DNA from: an uncultured Bacillota bacterium
GTDB taxonomy: Bacteria > Bacillota > Clostridia > Oscillospirales > Oscillospiraceae
Length of the DNA stretch: 31,154 nucleotides
Direction: 5' to 3'
Assembly (NCBI GenBank): GCA_947073765.1
Contig: CAMTMZ010000033.1
Coordinates: forward strand, 1-31,154
Shown: piece by piece, positions 25,506 through 31,154 of the stretch
How the letters are laid out: each line of letters begins with the position of its first letter
Position numbering within the stretch: position 1 is the first letter of the stretch
The notes under the pieces: generated by a model
The model's input: the letters and a program-made list of their open reading frames with translations, nothing else
Told to the model about the DNA's origin: nothing
The model's database searches: none
Made by a program: the position numbers and the translations under genes

Positions 25506-25598
25506 ATTCACGATTTCTTCACTAAATTTTAAGGAATTTTTTGTCGTACTTCCCCCGCTGCCGTGTTACAATACCTCCTGTAGATTGGAGGCCGTTCC

Positions 25599-26297
25599 AT
25601 GAAAAACAGACAGAAGCTCTTTCTTTTCGCTGTCACCCTGCTGCTGCTGGCAGGGGGCGGCTGGTTTCTATCCAGCAGCGGCTTTTTTCAGGCGGCCCGC
25701 TCTCTGGACGGCCTGCGGGCCTATATAGACCGCTTCGCCCCCTGCTCCCACCTGTTCTTTTTCCTGCTTCAGCTGCTGTCGGTGATTTTGGCCCCCATCC
25801 CCAGCAACATCACCGCGGCGGCGGGAGGCGTGCTCTTTGGCACCTGGACCGCCTTTCTGCTCACCTTCGCCGCCGTTGCCGCCGGATCCCTGCTGGTGTT
25901 TGGGCTGGCCCGGGCCCTGGGCCGGGACTTCGCCGACAGGGTTGTCAGCCGGAAGCTCTCTGACAAGTATCAGGATATTCTGCGCTCCAAGGCCCCGGCA
26001 TTTCTCACGCTGGCCTTCCTCTTCCCCTTCTTTCCCGACGACATGCTGTGCATCCTGGCCGGGCTCACAGACATCTCCTTTCGCCGCTTTACGATAATTG
26101 TGCTGCTGGCCCGGCCCTGGGGGCTGCTCTTCGCCAGCGCCCTGGGCGGCTCCACGCTGGGACTGTCCCCCTGGGTGATGGTCCCCATCGCCCTGGCGGG
26201 CCTGGCCCTGTTTCTGCTGGGGATGAAGTATGGCGACAGGCTGGAGGAGCGCCTTCTGGCCCGGTTAAAAGGGCGCAGACATGGGAAAACTGAATAG
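25599..26297 (+). CDS. TVP38/TMEM64 (DedA-related) family membrane protein
   Basis: 232 aa with multiple TM helices. The motif FFPDDMLCILAGLT is characteristic of the family. GGAGG RBS. Confidence 0.8.
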   Translation: MKNRQKLFLFAVTLLLLAGGGWFLSSSGFFQAARSLDGLRAYIDRFAPCSHLFFFLLQLLSVILAPIPSNITAAAGGVLFGTWTAFLLTFAAVAAGSLLVFGLARALGRDFADRVVSRKLSDKYQDILRSKAPAFLTLAFLFPFFPDDMLCILAGLTDISFRRFTIIVLLARPWGLLFASALGGSTLGLSPWVMVPIALAGLALFLLGMKYGDRLEERLLARLKGRRHGKTE

Positions 26298-26302
26298 GTC
26301 TG

Positions 26303-26334
26303 AAAAAAAATTGGGGCATATGCTCCAATTTTTT
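26303..26334 (+). terminator. rho-independent terminator
   Basis: An A8 run, then TTGGGGC-atat-GCTCCAA, then TTTTTT. Confidence 0.7.
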
Positions 26335-26345
26335 CCTCCAACCCC

Positions 26346-26374
26346 TTTACAAAGCGGTTTCAATATGATATGAT
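26346..26374 (+). promoter_or_regulatory. sigma-A promoter of the perR-rubrerythrin operon
   Basis: TTTACA, 17 nt, TATGAT. Confidence 0.6.
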
Positions 26375-26388
26375 ACAAGCATAACAGG

Positions 26389-26401
26389 AATAAATATTAT
26401 T
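26389..26401 (+). promoter_or_regulatory. possible Fur/PerR-type operator
   Basis: AT-only imperfect palindrome AATAAA-T-ATTATT between the -10 and the RBS. It only loosely resembles Fur-family boxes. Confidence 0.3.
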
Positions 26402-26415
26402 AAGGGGGAGGTCCC

Positions 26416-26838
26416 ATGGAACGCGCCGTTCGATACAGCAAAAAGCGTGAGGCTATTTTAAGCGTGCTCCGGGAAACCAACTGTCATCCCTCCGCTGAAT
26501 GGGTGTATCAGCAGCTCAAGCCCCGTCACCCGGACCTGAGCCTGGGCACTGTCTACCGTAACCTGGCTTTTTTTCAGGCCCACGGACTGGCCCAGAGCGT
26601 AGGCGTAGTTTCCGGTCAGGAGCGGTTTGACGCCATTGTCACCCCCCACAGTCACTTCATTTGCAACTGCTGCGGCACTGTTTTGGACCTGCCGGAGATA
26701 TTTCCGGATTCCGGACTGAAGCAGTCCGTCAGCGCGCAATATGAGCTTGCGGTACAGCGCTGTGAGCTCACATTCTATGGCTTATGTTCCAGTTGTTCAC
26801 AAGAAAACCAAAATTTTAAGGAGGAACCACTATCATGA
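26416..26838 (+). CDS. perR: Fur family repressor, PerR-like
   Basis: 140 aa. Winged helix (LGTVYRNL), HSHFIC, and two CxxC pairs (CNCCG, CSSC). It is translationally coupled to the rubrerythrin gene (ATGA overlap). Confidence 0.8.
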   Translation: MERAVRYSKKREAILSVLRETNCHPSAEWVYQQLKPRHPDLSLGTVYRNLAFFQAHGLAQSVGVVSGQERFDAIVTPHSHFICNCCGTVLDLPEIFPDSGLKQSVSAQYELAVQRCELTFYGLCSSCSQENQNFKEEPLS

Positions 26839-27377
26839 AAAAGTTTGTTTGCAGCGTCTGCGGCTATGTCTACGAGGGCGACTCCGCCCCCGCCAAGTGC
26901 CCCCAGTGCGGCGTCGGCCCCGAGAAGTTCGTAGAGCAGAAGGGCGAAATGTCCTGGGCCGCTGAGCACATCGTGGGCGTTGCCCAGGGTGTGGACCCCC
27001 AGATCATCGAGGGTCTGCGCGCCAACTTCAACGGCGAGTGCTGTGAGGTAGGCATGTATCTGGCCATGGCCCGGGTGGCCCACCGCGAGGGTTACCCCGA
27101 GATCGGCCTGTACTGGGAGAAGGCCGCCTATGAGGAGGCCGAGCACGCCGCCAAGTTCGCCGAGCTGCTGGGCGAGGTGGTGACCGACTCCACCAAGAAG
27201 AACCTGGAGATGCGCGTCGAGGCCGAGAACGGCGCCACCGCCGGCAAGGTCGCCCTGGCCAAGATGGCCAAGGAGCAGAACCTGGACGCCATCCACGACA
27301 CCGTCCACGAGATGGCTCGGGACGAGGCCCGCCACGGCAAGGCCTTCAAGGGCCTGCTGGAGCGTTACTTCGGCTAA
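26835..27377 (+). CDS. rbr: reverse rubrerythrin (N-terminal rubredoxin-like domain plus di-iron four-helix domain)
   Basis: 180 aa. N-terminal CSVCG...CPQCG, then ExxH di-iron motifs ([18 protein letters not shown]). Confidence 0.9.
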   Translation: MKKFVCSVCGYVYEGDSAPAKCPQCGVGPEKFVEQKGEMSWAAEHIVGVAQGVDPQIIEGLRANFNGECCEVGMYLAMARVAHREGYPEIGLYWEKAAYEEAEHAAKFAELLGEVVTDSTKKNLEMRVEAENGATAGKVALAKMAKEQNLDAIHDTVHEMARDEARHGKAFKGLLERYFG

Positions 27378-27388
27378 GGGTTATTCCG

Positions 27389-27421
27389 CCTTCCCGCCCT
27401 CCCGGGCGGGAAGGTTATTTT
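27389..27421 (+). terminator. terminator or attenuator between rubrerythrin and rubredoxin
   Basis: CCTTCCCGCCC-tccc-GGGCGGGAAGG followed by TTATTTT. Confidence 0.6.
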
Positions 27422-27444
27422 AACAAATTTAGGAGGAACACAAC

Positions 27445-27600
27445 ATGGATAAGTACGTTTGCCCCTGCGGCTATGAGTACGACCCCGCCGCCGGCGATCC
27501 TGACAACGGCGTCGCCCCCGGCACCCCCTGGGACCAGGTTCCTGACAGCTGGGTCTGCCCCATCTGCGGGATGGGCAAGGACGTCTTCGACAAGGCATAA
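27445..27600 (+). CDS. rubredoxin
   Basis: A 51-aa ORF missing from the track because it is under 60 aa: [51 protein letters not shown]. It has both CxxCG knuckles and the conserved W/D/P core. AGGAGG RBS 7 nt upstream. Confidence 0.9.
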   Translation: MDKYVCPCGYEYDPAAGDPDNGVAPGTPWDQVPDSWVCPICGMGKDVFDKA

Positions 27601-27609
27601 TTGAGGCAA

Positions 27610-27639
27610 AAAGGGCGGCACATGAATGTGCCGCCCTTT
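27610..27639. terminator. bidirectional terminator
   Basis: AAAGGGCGGCACA-tgaa-TGTGCCGCCCTTT. The T run is better on the minus strand (TTTTTGCC). Confidence 0.7.
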
Positions 27640-27641
27640 AC

Positions 27642-27818
27642 TTACGCGTTTAAATACAGCTCCTCCGCCTCCAGCAGCGCCTGCCGCAGCTCATCCGCAA
27701 CGCTCAGAACACTTTGCGCGTCCCAGGGCTCCCGTGCTGCAATGTCCTCCAGCGCGCTGATTGCGTCATCTGCCCGGCCCGCCAGAATTGCGTACATTTT
27801 TTGATATAGTTCCAACAT
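27642..27818 (-). CDS. 58-aa helical protein, unknown family (not in the ORF track)
   Basis: My own translation: MLELYQKMYAILAGRADDAISALEDIAAREPWDAQSVLSVADELRQALLEAEELYLNA. A GGAAGGAA RBS-like element precedes the ATG, a strong promoter lies upstream, and a terminator follows directly. Codon usage is G/C-rich. Confidence 0.5.
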   Translation of the reverse strand: MLELYQKMYAILAGRADDAISALEDIAAREPWDAQSVLSVADELRQALLEAEELYLNA

Positions 27819-27871
27819 AGTTCAATTTCCTTCCGTTCGCAGTATAATAATGACCGATTTTGGTTAATATG

Positions 27872-27900
27872 ATTATACAGCGTTTTCCTTTAACATTCAA
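27872..27900 (-). promoter_or_regulatory. sigma-A promoter for the 58-aa ORF
   Basis: On the minus strand: TTGAAT, 17 nt, TATAAT. The -35 lies inside the left arm of the inverted repeat. Confidence 0.6.
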
Positions 27901-27923
27901 GTATAAAGCGAGGCTTGAATGTT
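27892..27923. repeat. perfect 10-bp inverted repeat (candidate XRE operator)
   Basis: AACATTCAAG (27892-27901), 12 nt, CTTGAATGTT (27914-27923). It ends exactly at the XRE ATG (27924). Confidence 0.7.
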
Positions 27924-28133
27924 ATGATTTCATACGAAAATTTGTGGAACGTTATGAAGGAAAAGGGTATAACCCAATATGCGCTGATTCACCACTACAA
28001 AATCAGCCCTGCCCAGATCACCAGACTAAAACGAAACGAGAGTGTCAGCACCCATACAATTGAAATGTTTTGCAAAATATTGGATTGTGAGGTTGGCGAT
28101 ATCGTAAAATATATCAGAGAGGACTGCATTTAA
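27924..28133 (+). CDS. XRE (Cro/CI) family helix-turn-helix regulator
   Basis: 69 aa MISYENLWNVMKEKGITQYALIHHYKISPAQITRLKRNESVSTHTIEMFCKILDCEVGDIV, a typical short HTH_26/XRE layout. The gene is markedly AT-rich. Confidence 0.85.
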   Translation: MISYENLWNVMKEKGITQYALIHHYKISPAQITRLKRNESVSTHTIEMFCKILDCEVGDIVKYIREDCI

Positions 28134-28160
28134 GGACGGGAAAGCCCCGTCCTTTTTCTT
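28134..28160 (+). terminator. rho-independent terminator after the XRE gene
   Basis: GGACGGG-aaagc-CCCGTCC followed by TTTTTCTTG. Confidence 0.7.
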
Positions 28161-28162
28161 GC

Positions 28163-28192
28163 TTGAATTTTTCCTCCAACCTGTGGTATGCT
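28163..28192 (+). promoter_or_regulatory. promoter of the metallophosphoesterase-DUF2156 pair
   Basis: TTGAAT, 18 nt, TATGCT, with TGg upstream of the -10. The -35 is part of a third CTTGAAT copy. Confidence 0.5.
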
Positions 28193-28225
28193 GGAGACAA
28201 AGAACTGGGCAGGGAGGTCACCGCC

Positions 28226-29323
28226 ATGGACAAAGCCATTGTCATCCGTCCTGAATTTGAGCCGGACCGACGGATCATTGCCGTCAGCGATATTCATGGA
28301 AACCTCCCCTTCTTTCTGGCCCTGATGGAGAAAGTTGGCCTCACCCCCCACGACATCCTGGTGCTCAACGGCGACCTGCTGGAAAAGGGCCGGGACAGCC
28401 TGCCCCTGCTGCGGCATCTCATGTCCCTGTCCCAGACCCACACCCTCTTCCCCCTGTGCGGCAACTGTGACGGGCTGGTGCTCCGCTTTTTTGAGTCCGA
28501 CGCGCTGGACGCCCGCTTCTTCTCCTCCTATCTCCCCCGGCACCCTGAGTCCACCCTCCGGCAGATGGCCCGGGCAGGGGGCTTTGAGCAGTGGGAAGAT
28601 CTGCCCAAATTGCGCCAAGACCTGCGCACCGCCTTTCCCCAGGAGTGGGCCTGGCTGAGCGCCATGCCCACCATCCTGGAGACGGAGCACCTGGTCTTTG
28701 TCCACGGGGGCGTGCCCTCCCTGGAGGGGATGGAGGAGCTGGACCGGTGGAGGTGCATGAAAAACGACGATTTTCTGAGCCAGGGGCACAGCTTTGACAA
28801 GTGGGTCATTGTGGGCCACTGGCCGGTTACCCTATACAATCCCCGTATCCCCTCCTCCGCCCCCCTGTTCTGCCGGGATCGGAAAATCATCTCCATCGAC
28901 GGCGCCTGCGTGCTCAAAATAGATGGCCAGCTCAACGCACTGATCCTCCCCTCGGAGGAGTCGGAGGCCTTCACCTGGACCGCCTGGGACGGGCTGCCCG
29001 CCGCCCGGGCCCTGGACCCTCAGAACGCCAGCGCGGACTCTGTCAATATCCGCTGGGGACGCTCCGCCCTGACGCTGCTGGAGCGGGGAGAGGAGCTGTC
29101 TCTGTGCCGCCACCTGGAGACGGGGCGGGAGCTGTATATTCTCAACGACTATCTCCGCCAGGGCGCGGACGGCCTGGAGTGTGAGGACTCCACCGATTAC
29201 TGCCTGCCAGTGTCCCCCGGGGAGCTTTTGACAGTGGTAAGGAAAACCAAACGTGGTTTTTTGTGCAAAAAGGAGGGGGTCACGGGCTGGTATTATGGCC
29301 GATTATCGGATATAATGGTATAA
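28226..29323 (+). CDS. metallophosphoesterase (PPP/ApaH-PrpE-like core) with a roughly 130-aa C-terminal extension
   Basis: 365 aa from MDKAIVIR. GGGAGG RBS 8 nt upstream. Motifs seen: VSDIHGN, NGDLLEKGRDS, GNCD, VHGG and GHWP. The C-terminal region ends in an SH3-like GFLCKKEGVTGWYYG. Confidence 0.85.
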   Translation: MDKAIVIRPEFEPDRRIIAVSDIHGNLPFFLALMEKVGLTPHDILVLNGDLLEKGRDSLPLLRHLMSLSQTHTLFPLCGNCDGLVLRFFESDALDARFFSSYLPRHPESTLRQMARAGGFEQWEDLPKLRQDLRTAFPQEWAWLSAMPTILETEHLVFVHGGVPSLEGMEELDRWRCMKNDDFLSQGHSFDKWVIVGHWPVTLYNPRIPSSAPLFCRDRKIISIDGACVLKIDGQLNALILPSEESEAFTWTAWDGLPAARALDPQNASADSVNIRWGRSALTLLERGEELSLCRHLETGRELYILNDYLRQGADGLECEDSTDYCLPVSPGELLTVVRKTKRGFLCKKEGVTGWYYGRLSDIMV

Positions 29324-29344
29324 AAAAGATAAGGACTTGAATAT

Positions 29345-30256
29345 ATGCTTGACTTCCATCCCCTCCGACTGGAGGACCTGCCCAAGCTGCGGCAGTTCTT
29401 TGGCTACAGCCGCAGCCGCATCTGCGACACCACTCCCGGCACGGTTTTCATCTGGCGAGATATCTACAAGACCGAATGGGCGGTCTATGACGGCTCTCTC
29501 TACTTCAAGGTGGACTACCCCGGCCTGGGGCCCACCTTCACGCTCCCTCTGGGGGGCGGGCGGCCGGAGCATTTCCGGCAGATTGCCGACTACTGCTGCC
29601 GCCGTAACATGCCCATCGCCTTTTACCCCGTACCCAAGGACGAGCTGGAACAGCTCCAGGAGTTCTTCCCCGCCAGCACCGCCGTGGGTGAGCGGGACAA
29701 TTTCGACTACCTCTACCGGGCGGAGGATCTGAAATACTTCCGGGGCAAAAAACTCAGCGGACAGCGCAATCATGTAAACAAATTCTTAAAAACCTATGGA
29801 AACTGGACCTTCCGCCCCATCGCACCGGAGGATATCCCCGCCGTGAAAGCCTTTTTAGACAGCTACGCCGCCCGTTGGGACAAGGGGGCGGCCACCTTCC
29901 ACGAGGATATCGCCAAGACCCACGAGGTACTGGACAACTATCAGACCTATGACCTTCTGGGGGGGGTGCTGATGGTGGAGGGACAGATCGTGGGCTTCTC
30001 CCTGGGGGAAATTATCGGCGACACCCTGTTCACCCACATTGAGAAGGCCGACCGGGATTACGAGGGGTGCTACCAGATGCTGGTGGCTCAGTTTGCCCAG
30101 CAGTTTGCCCAGGAGGGTATGGTGGCCTTTATTAACCGGGAGGACGACACCGGCGATCTGGGGCTGCGCACCAGCAAGCTGTCCTACCATCCGGTGGCCC
30201 TGCTGGAGAAGTACACCGTTACCGTGGACGAGCCCTGCGACTACTGCCAGGCATAA
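29345..30256 (+). CDS. DUF2156 domain protein (soluble homolog of the MprF/LysX aminoacyl-transferase domain, GNAT-like fold)
   Basis: 303 aa. The motifs DNFDYLYRAEDLKYFRGKKLSGQRNHVNKF and INREDDTGDLGLRTSKLSYHP match what I recall of DUF2156. No TM segments. Confidence 0.8.
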   Translation: MLDFHPLRLEDLPKLRQFFGYSRSRICDTTPGTVFIWRDIYKTEWAVYDGSLYFKVDYPGLGPTFTLPLGGGRPEHFRQIADYCCRRNMPIAFYPVPKDELEQLQEFFPASTAVGERDNFDYLYRAEDLKYFRGKKLSGQRNHVNKFLKTYGNWTFRPIAPEDIPAVKAFLDSYAARWDKGAATFHEDIAKTHEVLDNYQTYDLLGGVLMVEGQIVGFSLGEIIGDTLFTHIEKADRDYEGCYQMLVAQFAQQFAQEGMVAFINREDDTGDLGLRTSKLSYHPVALLEKYTVTVDEPCDYCQA

Positions 30257-30262
30257 CACATC

Positions 30263-30297
30263 AAAAGGGGACGCGGCTTACAGCCGCGTCCCCTTTT
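30263..30297. terminator. bidirectional terminator
   Basis: AAAAGGGGACGCGGC-ttaca-GCCGCGTCCCCTTTT. Confidence 0.8.
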
Positions 30298-30345
30298 CAC
30301 AGAGCCATCTGCACCTTGAACCAGCCGTTCTCTGCATGGAAACGT

Positions 30346-30807
30346 TTAGTCCACCGCATCCTTGGCCGCATCCAAATCGCCGGCCACTACCATCAGAACG
30401 GTATTGCCCCTGACGTCGATATAGACCTCTTTCAGCTTGGGAATTTCCCCGGGGCGGTAGTCCTCATTCGCCTCTATCTGGCGGCCGTTATAGGTATAGA
30501 GCGCCTCCGCCGCGTCCCGGGCCTTGTCCCTGTCCGACAGCACCAGCACCGCCCCCTCCTCACAGGTCGCCCCGGCAGAGCGCAGAATGGCGCAGTCTGT
30601 CAGGTCCTCCCGCTCCAGGCCCCTGTCCGCCAGCCCGTACAAGGCAAAGGCGGTGTCTCCGTCCAGCTCCTCCAGCTCCTCAGAGAAGGCCCCGGCGTCC
30701 GCCATAGCTCGAACATCCTCCGGCTTATAACTCTCCTCCCCGCCGCCGCAGGCGGAGAGGCTCAGCGCCAGGCTCAGCGCCAGAACAATTGGCAGCAGCT
30801 TTTTCAT
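30346..30807 (-). CDS. DUF4358 domain lipoprotein
   Basis: 153 aa. Lipobox LSLSAC after a signal peptide. The layout is typical of DUF4358 proteins (...AILRSAGATCEEGAVL...VLMVV). Confidence 0.75.
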   Translation of the reverse strand: MKKLLPIVLALSLALSLSACGGGEESYKPEDVRAMADAGAFSEELEELDGDTAFALYGLADRGLEREDLTDCAILRSAGATCEEGAVLVLSDRDKARDAAEALYTYNGRQIEANEDYRPGEIPKLKEVYIDVRGNTVLMVVAGDLDAAKDAVD

Positions 30808-31154
30808 CCTTGTCCACTCCCATCAGCAGCAGTTATGTCTGTCGCCGGCTCAGCAGGCTCCGGCATGGGCGGGCCGTCCGGGTACAGCGCATTAAAATCT
30901 ACGGTGTGGGTCTTTAAGTAGTCCAGCCACCGCTTGCAGGGCTCCCGCTTCAGGTGGACACCGTCCCGGCTGTCCTCCTCGGGCAGCGCGCCGCTCTCAT
31001 CCGCAAATTCAGTATACAGGTCCAGGTAGACAGCCTGCTTCTCCTCCGCCGCCTGGCGCAGCAGCTCGTTGAAGGTCCGGAGGTGGTCGTTGGTGAGATT
31101 GTATTTGTTGCCGTTAAGGTCAGTACGCATAAAGGACAAGCCAAAAAACAACAT
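30804..31154 (-). CDS. SGNH/GDSL hydrolase family protein, C-terminal part (5' end outside the window)
   Basis: Block V-like motif DGVHL with the preceding LDLYTEF. A Pro-rich tail follows. Its stop overlaps the start of the DUF4358 gene. The frame is open to the window edge. Confidence 0.6.
   Translation of the reverse strand: MLFFGLSFMRTDLNGNKYNLTNDHLRTFNELLRQAAEEKQAVYLDLYTEFADESGALPEEDSRDGVHLKREPCKRWLDYLKTHTVDFNALYPDGPPMPEPAEPATDITAADGSGQG

Noticed and set aside
25574-25591. CCTCC-N8-GGAGG hairpin that could sequester the Shine-Dalgarno of the TVP38 gene.
   Set aside because: The anti-SD arm lies between the predicted -10 (25567-25572) and the expected transcription start. It would not be in the transcript from the proximal promoter. 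The stem is only 5 bp.

Overview
This looks like a chromosomal segment from a high-G+C, spore-forming Firmicute, probably Clostridia of the Oscillospiraceae/Ruminococcaceae type. That guess rests on spoIIR, spoVAC, GGAGG-type ribosome binding sites (RBS) and sigma-A-like promoters. About 35 real genes sit in a few tight operons. The many long ORFs on the opposite strands are antisense shadows typical of G+C-rich DNA.

Minus strand, 5.7 kb down to 0.9 kb: one long operon of Lrp/AsnC regulator, aminotransferase, ThrH-type phosphoserine phosphatase, a 76-aa membrane protein, DUF1015 and ispE. spoIIR follows.

Then come:
- a lone biotinylated carboxyltransferase (OadA/PycB-like);
- an AT-rich island with a near-consensus promoter, a roughly 255-nt leader and a 42-aa acidic ORF;
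- a cobalamin riboswitch controlling a DUF4430 protein plus an S-component-like membrane protein;
- tex, an M19 dipeptidase and a zinc-ribbon protein;
- a Cys T-box controlling cysE, a VOC (glyoxalase-fold) gene and cysS;
- a MerR stub, an Sfp-type phosphopantetheinyl transferase (PPTase), DUF6512, an orphan spoVAC and glgX;
- a serC, membrane protein, serA, xth, metF operon, then a TVP38 protein;
- a perR, reverse rubrerythrin, rubredoxin stress locus. The rubredoxin is absent from the ORF track.

The most accessory-looking part is 27.6-30.3 kb. It holds an AT-rich XRE regulator divergent from an unlisted 58-aa ORF, with a perfect 10-bp inverted repeat. The core heptamer of that repeat recurs in front of the downstream metallophosphoesterase and DUF2156 genes.

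I saw no tRNA, rRNA, CRISPR array, transposase or integrase. All family assignments come from motif recognition by eye. No database search was run.
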